A DNA stretch of 64,000 nucleotides from an uncultured Clostridia bacterium (GCA_947627315.1 CANQVN010000001.1:1656-65655), one strand, 5' to 3'; numbered from the stretch's first letter, positions 18,017 to 28,347 are shown. Notes: generated by a model not told the origin, from the letters alone. A program made the numbers and translations.

Positions 18017-21000
18017 ATGAAAAAGAGAATACTTGCCCTGCTGACGGCAGTCGTTTTACTGCTGTCTTTGACGGTCGCGCCCGTTTCGGCTGTACCCGCG
18101 GGAGATATTCCGAAAGAAATGCTGAACAATATGTTTCTTGACGCCCTGGCATATACGGGATACGGCGTTCAGAAAATGAAAGACGACGGCAGCATATTTA
18201 TCAAGTATGCCTACATGGTGGACAGCGGCGTATTGTCCGGTATTTCATACGATACGTCCTGCACCGGTCTTGAAACTGATTCGTCCGGTATGCCGGACAT
18301 TGCCAAGTTTCGGTCGAGCGGACTATGCTGCGCAAGTTATATCAGTTACGTCTATCTCAATTATTTGCCGCACGTTAAAAAGATCGACGTTTCCGGCTTT
18401 GCACACCCGGACAACTATGTATACGCTCCAAGTTGGCGCGAGGCGGCGGAAAAGTGGATAGCGGCGGGAAAAGCAAGAAAGATAAACTTTACCCAAAGCT
18501 CAAACGGTTCAAACTTTTCACCGTCAGAGTCGATTCCTATCGGGTCTCTGCTGTTTTTCAAAAACCAGGGTTCGGACAGTTCCACCACCTCCCACGTCGC
18601 CATTTATGCCGGAAAGTACGGCGGTCAGCACTTTATCACGCACGTGGGCAACGACCGCGGACCGGAGATTTCATCGGTCGACGGCATGACAAAAGGCGGT
18701 CGGGTGGAGATCGTAAATCTTATCATTACCCCACCTGATGATTTACAGGCGGACGGCGCCATTGAGGTAAACAAAAAAGATACAAACGGTAAAAATCTGA
18801 GCGGCGCCGTATTTACCGCAACCAACAGCAAGAGCGGGATGCAGTATAAGATCGGACCGACAAACAGCGCGGGATATGCAAAAACGGATGGCATTCCCTA
18901 CGGCGACTATCTCGTGAAAGAAACGGTATTCCCGAAAAACCACCGCGCTTACGGCCAGACGGAATGGAATGTGACGGTGGACAACAAAAATGACGGGGTT
19001 GTAACGGTCAACGCAGTCAATGAGGAAATCCCGGGCTCCTGCAAAATCGTTAAGACTTCCGAGGACGGCAAAGTGGACGGGATTAGTTTCAATATCAGCG
19101 GGAATGGTATCAACAAAACCGTACAAACCAAGAACGGCGGTCAGATTCAGATCGACAACTTGAAGCCCGGCACCTACACCGTAACCGAGCAGGCGTATGA
19201 CAAGTATAATCCGCAGGAGAGCCGGACGGTGACGGTGGTTTCCGGCAAAGTTGCAACCGTCACTTTCAGCAATACTCTGAAACGCGGCAGCGTTATCGTC
19301 ACCAAAAACGCGGAAGACGGACTGATCGATGGCAAACGGTTTCACCTTTACGGAACATCGCTTTCGGGGCTTGCGGTGGATGAATATGCCATATCGGGCG
19401 TGGACGGAAAGGCGTATTTTAACGATGTGCTTATAGGCAGCGGCTACACGCTTGAAGAAGTCGATACCGAGGAAAAATACATTATACCGGACAGCCAAAC
19501 CGTTACAGTGGAATGGGAAAAAGCAACACGGACGGAGTTTGACAACATTCTGAAACGAGGAGATCTGACGGTCACAAAGACCGCGGAGGACAGTCTGACG
19601 GAGGGACTGCGTTTTCATCTGACGGGCATTTCGCTCAGCGGAATCCCGGTAGACGAATATGCGACCGTTGAAAGCGACGGCAAGGCGTATTTCAGGAATA
19701 TCCTTATCGGCGCAAATTATACTTTGTCCGAAGCGCAAACGCCCGTTCGCTATGTTGTTCCGCCCGATCAGATCGCCGCCGTCGAATGGGGCAAAGTGAC
19801 TGAAAAATCCTTTGACAACCGCCTGAAAAAGTGGAATCTGACCTTGCGAAAATATGACGGCGAAACAAACGACGTGCCGCAGGGCGACGGATCGCTTGCG
19901 GGCGCGGTATACGGCATTTATGACGGTGATGAACTGATCGACCGTTATACTACCGACGCGACGGGCGGTTTTACCACCAAATACTATATTTGCGGGGATA
20001 ACTGGAGTTGCAGGGAGATCGGCGCAAGCGAAGGGTATCTTGTTAATACGGACGCCGTACATATCGGCGCACAGGCGGAAAATTATATAGTCGAATACAA
20101 CAGCCTAACGGCAGAGTCTCCCGAAACGATACGAAAGGGCAAGATCGCCATCATCAAGCACACAGACGACGGGGAAACCCAGATCGAAACGCCGGAAACG
20201 GGAGCGACCTTTGAGGTGTTCTTGAAATCCGCAGGCAGTTATGCAGCGGCGAAAGAAACCGAGCGTGACCGCCTCGTTTGTGACGAAAACGGATTTGCAG
20301 AAACGAAGGAATTGCCCTACGGCGTTTACACCGTTCATCAGGTGAGCGGCTGGGAAGGTCGTGAACTGCTTCCGGATTTTGATGTGTATATTGAAAAGGA
20401 CGGTCAGACCTACCGCTATCTCATCAACAATCGCAACTTTGAAAGCTATATCAAGATCGTCAAGACCGACGCGGAAACCGGCAAGACCATTCCCTATGCG
20501 GGAGCAGGATTCCAAATCTACGACCCAGAAGGAAATCTTGTTTCCATGAGCTACACCTATCCGCAGATCACGACCATTGATACCTTTTACACCAATGCCG
20601 AGGGCTTCCTGCTCACTCCCGAAAAGCTGCCCTATGGAAAAGGTTATTCCATTGTGGAGGTGCAGGCTCCGTATGGCTATGTGCTGAACAGCGACCCCGT
20701 GTATTTTGACATTACCGCCGATAATGCAACCGTGGAAAATGCCATAACCGTGGTATCGGTCAACCGTCCTGATATGCCGCAAAAAGGAAAAATTACAATT
20801 ACCAAGACCGGCGAGGTGTTCTCGTCTGTTGTGCAGTCGGGAGAGATTTACCAGCCCATCTACGAGGCAAAGGGACTCCCCGGCGCGGTGTATGAAATTC
20901 TCGCCGCCGAGGACATCTACACCCCGGACGGAACGCTCCGCTACTCCAAAGGTACGGTCGTGGATACCGTCACTACAGGCGAGTATGGAGTTGCCGTCAG

Positions 21001-23035
21001 CAAGGCGTTGTATCTCGGAAAATACGAAATTCGTGAAGTCAAAGCGCCTTATGGCATGGTACTGAACACCGAGGTGCGTACCGTGGAACTGACCTACGCC
21101 GGGCAGGAGATCGAGATCACCGAAACGACGACCGAGTTTTATAACGAACGCCAAAAGGTGCAGATCGATCTCTCCAAAGTTATGGAGCAAGATGAAACCT
21201 TCGGTATTGGAAATAACGGCGAAATCCTCTCTGTGCAGTTCGGTCTGTTCGCCGCCGAGGACATCGTTGCGGCAGACGGGACGACGATTCCGAAAGGCGC
21301 TCTGATTGAAACCGTGTTCTGTGACGAAAACGGTCATGCCGTCTTTACGACCGATCTTCCCGTGGGCGCAAAGCTGTATGTCAAGGAAATCGCCACGGAT
21401 AGCCATTATATCCTCTCCGATACGCAGTGCCCCGTGAATTTTGAGTATGCCGGACAGAAAGTAGCAACGGTTAATATCACCGTAAATAACGGCAATCCGA
21501 TAGAGAATGACATCCTCCGCGGAGATATTCTCGGCCATAAGACCGACCGTGAAACCGGGGAAAATATTGCAGGCGCAGTTTTCGGACTGTTTGCCTCCGA
21601 CACCACAGAATACACCGAGGACAACGCTATCCTAACTGCTATTACCGGCGAGGATGGCGTTTTTACTTTTGAGAACCTGCCCTATGGCAGTTATGTGATC
21701 GTGGAGCTTTCTCCTGCGGAGGGCTACCTGCCGAACAAGGAACCGCACCATGTTCATGTGACGACCGACGGCGAGGTGATTGGAATCTCGGTGGTGAACG
21801 ATAAAATCCCCGAAATCGGCACTACGGCAACGACAGAGGAAGAAAAGCAAACCCATCCCAACGAGCAGATCACCATCGAGGATGTGGTGGAGTACAAGCA
21901 CCTGATCCCCGGCAAGGAATATACGCTCAAGGGAACGCTCATGGACAAAGCCACGGGTGAACCGTTCCTTGTGGACGGTCAACCTGTAATGTCCGAAACC
22001 ACCTTCGTTCCCGAAGATTTCTCCGGCACGGTGACAGTAACCTTCGTATTCGACGGCAAGGGTATCACACAGAACACCGACCTCGTGGTATTTGAGAGTC
22101 TGTATAAGGACGGCATCGAGCTTGCCGTTCACGCCGACATCGAGGACGAGGGACAGACGGTGACGGTGCTTGTTCCCGAAATCGGCACGACCGCTACGGT
22201 AGACGGCGAAAAAGAGGTTAATGCCACCGAGGCCTTCACGCTGGAGGATGTGGTCGCCTATGAGTATCTCATTCCCGGCAAGGAGTATGTGCTGAAAGGC
22301 GTCCTGATGGACAAAGCCACCGGCGAGCCACTCCTCTTGAACGGGGAGGAAATCCACTCGGAGGTCACATTCGTCCCCGAAGCCGCAAGCGGAAACGTCA
22401 CGGTGACATTTGAATTTGACGCAAAATATATTAAAAGCGATACCGACATTGTCGTTTTCGAACGGCTGCATTATAACGACGTGGAGATCGCCGTCCACGA
22501 GGACATAAACGATACGGATCAAACGGTCAGTGTTTATGTCCCGAACATCGGCACAACGGCAGTCGTAAACGGGCAAAAAGAGGCGGTCGTCGACGGCTCT
22601 TTCACCGTTGAGGATATTGTGCATTATTCAAATCTTACACCCGGCAAAGAGTATTTGCTGAAGGGCGTTTTGATGAACAAAGCAGATAAAGAACCGTTTG
22701 CTGTAAACGAAACCGACATTACTGCGGAGCTTACGTTTATACCCGAAGCGTCAAGCGGAGATGTAACCGTCACCTTCACGGCGGACGGCGTTTCGATCAC
22801 GGAAGATACGGAACTTGTCGTATTTGAAAAACTGTACCGCGAGGATGTGGAGATTGCGGCACACTCCGACATAGACGATAACAAACAGACGGTAACGCTC
22901 CTTCCACCGCCCCCGCCGACGCCGCCCAAGACCGGTGATTTGTCAACCGTCCGCTTTTGGGCGTGGCTGGGACTATCGTCGCTCGGCGGGCTTACCGCGA
23001 CCGTTTTCTGCTATCGCAAAAAGAAAATCAAATGA
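18017..23035 (+). CDS. Sortase-anchored giant adhesin (Cna-B/SpaA-type repeats, three VaFE repeats, N-terminal NlpC/P60-like Cys/His domain)
   Basis: Signal peptide MKKRILALLTAVVLLLSLTVAPVSA. GLCCASYISYVY ... SHVAIYAG...THVGN. Many Ig-like repeats. Repeats DLVVFESLY, DIVVFERLH and ELVVFEKLY. C-terminal PPKTGD + TM helix + KKKIK. Confidence 0.8.
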   Translation: MKKRILALLTAVVLLLSLTVAPVSAVPAGDIPKEMLNNMFLDALAYTGYGVQKMKDDGSIFIKYAYMVDSGVLSGISYDTSCTGLETDSSGMPDIAKFRSSGLCCASYISYVYLNYLPHVKKIDVSGFAHPDNYVYAPSWREAAEKWIAAGKARKINFTQSSNGSNFSPSESIPIGSLLFFKNQGSDSSTTSHVAIYAGKYGGQHFITHVGNDRGPEISSVDGMTKGGRVEIVNLIITPPDDLQADGAIEVNKKDTNGKNLSGAVFTATNSKSGMQYKIGPTNSAGYAKTDGIPYGDYLVKETVFPKNHRAYGQTEWNVTVDNKNDGVVTVNAVNEEIPGSCKIVKTSEDGKVDGISFNISGNGINKTVQTKNGGQIQIDNLKPGTYTVTEQAYDKYNPQESRTVTVVSGKVATVTFSNTLKRGSVIVTKNAEDGLIDGKRFHLYGTSLSGLAVDEYAISGVDGKAYFNDVLIGSGYTLEEVDTEEKYIIPDSQTVTVEWEKATRTEFDNILKRGDLTVTKTAEDSLTEGLRFHLTGISLSGIPVDEYATVESDGKAYFRNILIGANYTLSEAQTPVRYVVPPDQIAAVEWGKVTEKSFDNRLKKWNLTLRKYDGETNDVPQGDGSLAGAVYGIYDGDELIDRYTTDATGGFTTKYYICGDNWSCREIGASEGYLVNTDAVHIGAQAENYIVEYNSLTAESPETIRKGKIAIIKHTDDGETQIETPETGATFEVFLKSAGSYAAAKETERDRLVCDENGFAETKELPYGVYTVHQVSGWEGRELLPDFDVYIEKDGQTYRYLINNRNFESYIKIVKTDAETGKTIPYAGAGFQIYDPEGNLVSMSYTYPQITTIDTFYTNAEGFLLTPEKLPYGKGYSIVEVQAPYGYVLNSDPVYFDITADNATVENAITVVSVNRPDMPQKGKITITKTGEVFSSVVQSGEIYQPIYEAKGLPGAVYEILAAEDIYTPDGTLRYSKGTVVDTVTTGEYGVAVSKALYLGKYEIREVKAPYGMVLNTEVRTVELTYAGQEIEITETTTEFYNERQKVQIDLSKVMEQDETFGIGNNGEILSVQFGLFAAEDIVAADGTTIPKGALIETVFCDENGHAVFTTDLPVGAKLYVKEIATDSHYILSDTQCPVNFEYAGQKVATVNITVNNGNPIENDILRGDILGHKTDRETGENIAGAVFGLFASDTTEYTEDNAILTAITGEDGVFTFENLPYGSYVIVELSPAEGYLPNKEPHHVHVTTDGEVIGISVVNDKIPEIGTTATTEEEKQTHPNEQITIEDVVEYKHLIPGKEYTLKGTLMDKATGEPFLVDGQPVMSETTFVPEDFSGTVTVTFVFDGKGITQNTDLVVFESLYKDGIELAVHADIEDEGQTVTVLVPEIGTTATVDGEKEVNATEAFTLEDVVAYEYLIPGKEYVLKGVLMDKATGEPLLLNGEEIHSEVTFVPEAASGNVTVTFEFDAKYIKSDTDIVVFERLHYNDVEIAVHEDINDTDQTVSVYVPNIGTTAVVNGQKEAVVDGSFTVEDIVHYSNLTPGKEYLLKGVLMNKADKEPFAVNETDITAELTFIPEASSGDVTVTFTADGVSITEDTELVVFEKLYREDVEIAAHSDIDDNKQTVTLLPPPPPTPPKTGDLSTVRFWAWLGLSSLGGLTATVFCYRKKKIK

Positions 23036-23784
23036 AAACGGCGGTTAAGATCGGTCTGCGGCTGACGATCATTCTGTTTTCGGCAGTAACGCTCGTATCG
23101 GGTGGTATGGCAATAAAAGAACTTGTCGCTCGACAAAAAGAACAGGCGGATTTTGAAGATCTTGTCGAGCGGATAACGCCGCGTGAGCGGAACGAGCCGT
23201 CGTCGGAACCCGAGCCGACCGAAAAAACTCGCAATCTTGACGCGTTGTACCGAGAAAACAAGGACTTTTTCGGCTGGCTTTCGATACCTGGAACAGACCT
23301 TGATTATCCGATGATGCACACGCCGAGCGACCCGCAAAAATATTTGCGTAAAAACTTTTACGGACAATACAGCAGATCCGGCGTCCCGTTTTTGGACTAT
23401 CGCTGTATGCAAAACAGAGGGCATCTCATTATTTACGGGCATAATCTCGGGACCCGCACTATGTTCGGTGCTCTTACGCAATATACGGACGAGGACTATC
23501 TGAAAAGGCATCCAACCGTCGAACTGCAAACCAAAGCGGGTCTTACGCAATACGGGATATTTGCCGTGGCTTTCGTTAAAGACACCGACCGTTGGTATGA
23601 TTTTTTGAATGCCGCAGATAAGGACGAATATGCGCAAGCGATCGCGTATATCCGTAAAAAGTCTGTGACGGCAACGGATACGATACCGGAATACGGTCAG
23701 CGGATTTTAACGCTTTCCACCTGTTTCGGCTCCGAGGAGGACGGCAGACTGATCGTTGTCGCGGCAGAGCAATTTTACACTTGA
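23032..23784 (+). CDS. srtB: Class B sortase
   Basis: The ATG overlaps the adhesin stop (ATGA). Motifs GWLSIPGTDLDYPMMH, IIYGHN and ILTLSTCF. Confidence 0.8.
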   Translation: MKTAVKIGLRLTIILFSAVTLVSGGMAIKELVARQKEQADFEDLVERITPRERNEPSSEPEPTEKTRNLDALYRENKDFFGWLSIPGTDLDYPMMHTPSDPQKYLRKNFYGQYSRSGVPFLDYRCMQNRGHLIIYGHNLGTRTMFGALTQYTDEDYLKRHPTVELQTKAGLTQYGIFAVAFVKDTDRWYDFLNAADKDEYAQAIAYIRKKSVTATDTIPEYGQRILTLSTCFGSEEDGRLIVVAAEQFYT

Positions 23785-23913
23785 TTTTCAGGGCGGATAT
23801 CTCATCGGATATCCGCCCGATTCATATCGGGAGATAGTGCCGAAAACCCAGCTGCCAAGGGATTTCGCGTCGACCTGACAGATAATGATATAGAGGGACA
23901 AGAAAGGAGAACG

Positions 23914-24240
23914 ATGTACTCTAAAGAAAAATGCTTATATTCCGTTTTGGTTTCGGTCTGCGGGAATTGGCGCAACGCAATTTATCTGCAATGCAGCCGC
24001 TGCGACCGGAAATGCGGAGGATTTCTGTTGTCGACAAACAGCGACGGCTCGCCCGTGTTGTTTCCGGTGTCCGACTTTGAAAAAATAACCGGTGAAAAAA
24101 TCGACCCGAACGAATGCGCCTGCGTTATGACACGAGAAACGTTTGAAAAGTTGTTTCATCGGTGGCTCATCTGGCACACGGCGGCTTTGGAGTCGTGCTG
24201 TATTACGGAAATTCTGAACAACCAAAATGAAGAAGTGTAA
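23914..24240 (+). CDS. Hypothetical Cys-rich protein
   Basis: 108-aa ORF with RBS AAAGGAG. No family recognised. Confidence 0.4.
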   Translation: MYSKEKCLYSVLVSVCGNWRNAIYLQCSRCDRKCGGFLLSTNSDGSPVLFPVSDFEKITGEKIDPNECACVMTRETFEKLFHRWLIWHTAALESCCITEILNNQNEEV

Positions 24241-24258
24241 ATTTACGGAGGTGATTTT

Positions 24259-24654
24259 TTGAGAAAGAAAAAAGGCGTGTATTGTCCGTACTGCAAAGCC
24301 AAGGCTACCCTGCACCCACTCAGCTATGTATACGGCGAAAAAGCAAATCGAAGCGGCTACGTTTATGTCTGCGACCGCTATCCCAAGTGCGACGCCTACG
24401 TATGGGCGCATCCCAAAACTCTTTTGCCGATGGGAACGCTCGCAAACGGGGATCTTCGCAATAAGCGGATACAGGCACACCGAGCGTTTGATAGGCTGTG
24501 GAAAAGCGGGAGGATGAAAAAGTGGCAGGCGTACAAATGGATGCAGGGAAAACTTGATTTGAGCCCGGAGGAGGCGCATATCGGAAAATTCGGCGACTAT
24601 ATGTGCGACCGACTGATTATCGCCTGCAATCAGGCGCACTTTAATATGGCGTGA
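24259..24654 (+). CDS. Zinc-finger protein (DUF3268-like)
   Basis: TTG start after GGAGGTGA. CPYC...CDRYPKC Cys4 pattern. Confidence 0.45.
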   Translation: MRKKKGVYCPYCKAKATLHPLSYVYGEKANRSGYVYVCDRYPKCDAYVWAHPKTLLPMGTLANGDLRNKRIQAHRAFDRLWKSGRMKKWQAYKWMQGKLDLSPEEAHIGKFGDYMCDRLIIACNQAHFNMA

Positions 24655-24667
24655 TCGAGGAAAAGCA

Positions 24668-25276
24668 ATGAAACAGACGTTTTACTTAAATGCCGAACAG
24701 AAGGCCTTGGTTGAGGAAAATCTCCAACTGGTGAAAAAGGCCGTTTTCAAATACATCAACAGTACCGGCAAATGCGGACTTGATTACGAGGATCTGTTCC
24801 AGGAAGGCTGCGTTTGGTTGTGCAAGGCGGCGGCGACTTTCAAGACCTGCTACAACGTAAAGTTTTCGACCTATGCCGATCACGTCGTTAAAAACGGGAT
24901 TTGTACCTATTGCCGTCTTGCTTATCAAAAGCAAAAAAGGATCAGTTACATACCGGACTATGACCAACTGAAATATGCCGATTTCCCCGTTGCCTTTACT
25001 GCCGCCGACCGTTTGGACGATTACGACGTTATTTGTCTTTTACATTCGTTAAAGCGGCAGTATTCCGGGGTCGCAAGGCTCGGCATCGAGGCGCTTGAAT
25101 GGAAGATAAAAGGCTTGTCGGGCACCCAAATCGCCGATATTTACGGTGTAAAGCCGAACGCGGTCGGAGCGTGGATCTCAAGAGCGGTGAAGAAATTGAA
25201 GCAAAACGCAGTATTTATATCATGGGTGGAGCAGCTGGGAAAACAGGATTTATTAAAGAAACGAGGTAAGATATGA
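24668..25276 (+). CDS. Sigma-70 family RNA polymerase sigma factor
   Basis: Region-2-like YEDLFQEGCVWLCKAA. Region-4-like GLSGTQIADIYGVKPNAVGAWISRAVKKL. Confidence 0.65.
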   Translation: MKQTFYLNAEQKALVEENLQLVKKAVFKYINSTGKCGLDYEDLFQEGCVWLCKAAATFKTCYNVKFSTYADHVVKNGICTYCRLAYQKQKRISYIPDYDQLKYADFPVAFTAADRLDDYDVICLLHSLKRQYSGVARLGIEALEWKIKGLSGTQIADIYGVKPNAVGAWISRAVKKLKQNAVFISWVEQLGKQDLLKKRGKI

Positions 25277-25962
25277 ACATACTTTACACTGCCGTAGGCA
25301 GATTACAGCTTGAAAAGGACAAAAAAGGATACAGACATCCTATCGTCACCCTTAACCGAAAGCAATATGTATTGGACGTGCAGGAGATGATTTTGTGGAC
25401 CGTTCTGAACTGGCGGATACTCTCGCCCGATGAACTGAAGGAACTGTACCGCCAAAAATCACTTGAAACGGGATTTTCCTCGGAAAGAGAAGTTGACGAA
25501 TGTATTTGCAAATTGCTTCAGCGCGGTCTTATCGCGTCTGGAAAAGGCGAAACCGCCGCAGACGCGCTGTACTGGCTGCTTTCCGAACTTTATATCATCC
25601 CCATATCCCAAAATATTATGCTGCGCATAGTTTCCTTCGTCAAACTGAGCATGTTCGGCGGCGTTCCGATATCCGTCACGAGAAAAATTTTGAAAAAAGA
25701 CAGGCGCAGCAAAGATGAATCCTATGTAATGCGCCTGGCAAGACATACGGTACTATCTACGGCGGAAATCATAAAATGCGCGGATCGGAATATAACGGAT
25801 ATCGCTTCGGAGGACGAAATGGTAGAGGCATTGTATCACGACGAGTACACGACAAGCGGCAATATTGCGCACACCGTTCGCCTTCTTCCAAAATGCCGTC
25901 CTGTTCTTGTTTCGGTCGCCAACCTGTATATGCGTAAGCAGATTATTTTTGAAAGGATGTAA
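25273..25962 (+). CDS. Hypothetical protein (start overlaps the sigma gene stop)
   Basis: 229-aa ORF, translationally coupled. No family recognised. Confidence 0.45.
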   Translation: MNILYTAVGRLQLEKDKKGYRHPIVTLNRKQYVLDVQEMILWTVLNWRILSPDELKELYRQKSLETGFSSEREVDECICKLLQRGLIASGKGETAADALYWLLSELYIIPISQNIMLRIVSFVKLSMFGGVPISVTRKILKKDRRSKDESYVMRLARHTVLSTAEIIKCADRNITDIASEDEMVEALYHDEYTTSGNIAHTVRLLPKCRPVLVSVANLYMRKQIIFERM

Positions 25963-25965
25963 CCG

Positions 25966-26418
25966 ATGATTAAACGTAAAGAGGGGCCGCCGCCTATACA
26001 AAGGCGTATGCTTGTCACCGGCATCATCGGCGTTATGTGTCTGCTTATAGGGCTTGCCTTCTTTTTGCTGTTTCGGGATAGGATCATGCTGTTTTTAAGT
26101 CTTGTGCTCTGTGCGTTTTGTATCGGCAGGGCGTGGGAATATTACAGAATTATAGCGGGAAAACGATATGAAACGGTCGAAGGAGTATGCGTCGCCATAA
26201 CGCCCAAACCGCTGACAAGATACCGAAAAATCAAAATAACGGACGATGACGGCAGTGAATACGCCCTGCTGATCGATAAGCATTCAAAAATAAAAATCGG
26301 CGCAAGATATCGTTTCTATTTCAAAGAAACGCGGCGGCTTTCGTTTGGCAGCGAGTATCTTGACTCCGCCATATCCTACGACTGCTTTTTGGGCTATGAG
26401 GAGGTAGATTGCGCATAA
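25966..26418 (+). CDS. Two-TM membrane protein with a small C-terminal soluble domain
   Basis: 150 aa. TM helices MLVTGIIGVMCLLIGLAFFLLF and MLFLSLVLCAFCIG. Confidence 0.45.
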   Translation: MIKRKEGPPPIQRRMLVTGIIGVMCLLIGLAFFLLFRDRIMLFLSLVLCAFCIGRAWEYYRIIAGKRYETVEGVCVAITPKPLTRYRKIKITDDDGSEYALLIDKHSKIKIGARYRFYFKETRRLSFGSEYLDSAISYDCFLGYEEVDCA

Positions 26419-26470
26419 ATTAAATTTATATTTTAATTTCGCATTATTTCTGCAAAAATCAAACATAAAT

Positions 26471-26499
26471 ATTGACATTATGGATTTTAACGGATATAA
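26471..26499 (+). promoter_or_regulatory. Consensus sigma-A-type promoter of the ATPase/RloB pair
   Basis: TTGACA-N17-TATAAT, an exact consensus match, 50 nt upstream of ATG 26549. Confidence 0.65.
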
Positions 26500-26548
26500 T
26501 ATAAGCAAAAGACGGAAATACTATGTTCATTACTGGAGGAGTCCGTTT

Positions 26549-27727
26549 ATGCTGATACAATTTTCTATTGAAAACCATCGTTCCATCAAAAATAACGCCG
26601 TGATCAGTTTCGCAGCGTCTAAGGATAAGTCTTTGGAAGCCTATCTGCTGCATCCAGACGAAAAGCGGGTTCTTCTTCCGGCTTTGGCTCTTTACGGCGC
26701 CAACGCCGCCGGGAAAAGCAATGTTCTTCACGCGCTTATGACCATGCGGAATATGATCGTCGGCGAATCCTCCAAGATATCCAAGGGGCAAAAACTGCCG
26801 TGGGAGCCTTTCGGAGATACCGCGTCCCCCACATCGTTCGAGATCGTATTTCTCTACCGCGGCGTCCGCTATACCTATGGATATTCCTTTGACGCCGAGA
26901 GAATTTATACCGAATATCTCTATCACTGGCCAAACGGTCGTGAGGCGCTGATCTTTTCAAGAGAAAACGGCAAGTACGAGTTTCGCGAGAACGTCAACGA
27001 GCAGATAACGCTGAGCAACCGCACCGCGGAAAACAAACTGTATCTTGTTTCTTCAAACGACTGGAATTTGCCGCAAACGGAAAACGCGTATAAGTGGTTT
27101 TTGGAAAAGCTGACTTTCCTGATGGCGGAGCCGCCCGCCTCGTCCAAAACCGTTGCGCAGATCGCGGACGGTGACGAAAAAAAGGCACGCATACTCAAGG
27201 AGTTGCTGTTGGCGGATCTCGGTATATCGGACGTGTCCGTTAAAAGCACTTCCGGAAAGGCGCCCGTTATTACCACGACGCACCGTATGATCCGCGAGGA
27301 CGGCAGTGTGGAGCACTTTTCACTTGTGATGGATCAGGAGTCCTCCGGTACGCAGCGGTTCTTTGCCCGCATCGGCGGATGGCTTCAGGCGCTTGAGGAC
27401 GGCGCGCTGTTGGTGGTGGATGAGATCGAAGACAGCCTGCACCCGCTTCTGACAAAGCGGCTGATCGAAATGGTACAGGATAACACTGTCAATACGAACG
27501 GCGCACAGCTGTTGTTTACAACACATGACGCCATGCTGCTCGATCTTACCTTTTTCCGCAGGGATCAAATATGGTTTGCCGAAAAGAATGAAAAAAGCTG
27601 CGCCACCGAGCTTTACTCATTGGCGTCTTTCTCCCCGCGAAAGGGCGAGAACATCCGCAAGGGATATCTTCAGGGACGCTTCGGCGCAATTCCATTTATC
27701 GGAGGTGACGCTTTGTGGCAGCAATGA
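26549..27727 (+). CDS. AAA_21/ABC-like ATPase (AbiLi / OLD-ATPase-like defence component)
   Basis: Internal ATG 9 nt after GGAGGA. MLIQFSIENHRSIK. Walker A LYGANAAGKSNVLHAL. Walker B LLVVDEIEDSLHP. TTHD signature. Confidence 0.75.
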   Translation: MLIQFSIENHRSIKNNAVISFAASKDKSLEAYLLHPDEKRVLLPALALYGANAAGKSNVLHALMTMRNMIVGESSKISKGQKLPWEPFGDTASPTSFEIVFLYRGVRYTYGYSFDAERIYTEYLYHWPNGREALIFSRENGKYEFRENVNEQITLSNRTAENKLYLVSSNDWNLPQTENAYKWFLEKLTFLMAEPPASSKTVAQIADGDEKKARILKELLLADLGISDVSVKSTSGKAPVITTTHRMIREDGSVEHFSLVMDQESSGTQRFFARIGGWLQALEDGALLVVDEIEDSLHPLLTKRLIEMVQDNTVNTNGAQLLFTTHDAMLLDLTFFRRDQIWFAEKNEKSCATELYSLASFSPRKGENIRKGYLQGRFGAIPFIGGDALWQQ

Positions 27728-28347
27728 GAAAAGAGTACGACCCGGACAAAGCGAAACGGCGTAAGCGCAGGCCGATTCTTTATATCATCTGCGAGGGAAA
27801 GGAAACAGAAACAAAATATTTCCGGCATTTCCGTTCCCGAAACTGTTTGGTCGATATCGTCCCTATCTCCTCCAAGCACAAGGCGGCGGAGCATTTGGTA
27901 AAACACGCGAAAAGCCTGCTCTCACAGGCAGACTACTTCCCAAAAGACGGCGATCGGCTGTGGTGCGTCTTTGACTGCGATGAAAACACGAATGCGGAAC
28001 TGCAAAACGCACAGAATTATGCGGAAAAACACAGCTATAAAATCGCATATTCAAACCCCTGCTTTGAATATTGGTACCTGCTTCATTTTACACAACACAA
28101 CGGTCATTTAAGCGGTGCCGGCGAAGTGTTAAAACTGCTTCAAAGCAAGGGACGGCTTGAAAAGTACGAAAAAAGCCTTGATGTTTTTTCGGATCTGCTG
28201 CCACGTCAATCCGAGGCGATCCGACGCGCAAAAGAGCGTTTGGATCAACTTTGCAAAGAGAACGTCGCCGTTCTCAGCCGTGACAGCAATCCGGTCACGA
28301 ATGTTCATGAACTTGTGGAATTTTTGAACAGTCAACAAACAAAATGA
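27724..28347 (+). CDS. RloB-like (TOPRIM-related) protein, partner of the ATPase (AbiLii-like)
   Basis: The ATG overlaps the ATPase stop (ATGA). N-terminal hallmark ILYIICEGKETETKYF. Also WCVFDCDE and FEYWYLLHF. Confidence 0.75.
   Translation: MRKEYDPDKAKRRKRRPILYIICEGKETETKYFRHFRSRNCLVDIVPISSKHKAAEHLVKHAKSLLSQADYFPKDGDRLWCVFDCDENTNAELQNAQNYAEKHSYKIAYSNPCFEYWYLLHFTQHNGHLSGAGEVLKLLQSKGRLEKYEKSLDVFSDLLPRQSEAIRRAKERLDQLCKENVAVLSRDSNPVTNVHELVEFLNSQQTK

Noticed and set aside
18743-22624. Long antisense ORFs inside the adhesin gene (439, 477 and 330 aa on the minus strand)
   Set aside because: They lie fully inside and antisense to a gene with a clear signal peptide, repeats and sorting signal. 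Their products are low-complexity and Arg/Gly-rich, with no RBS. This is a typical artefact of GC-rich codon bias.
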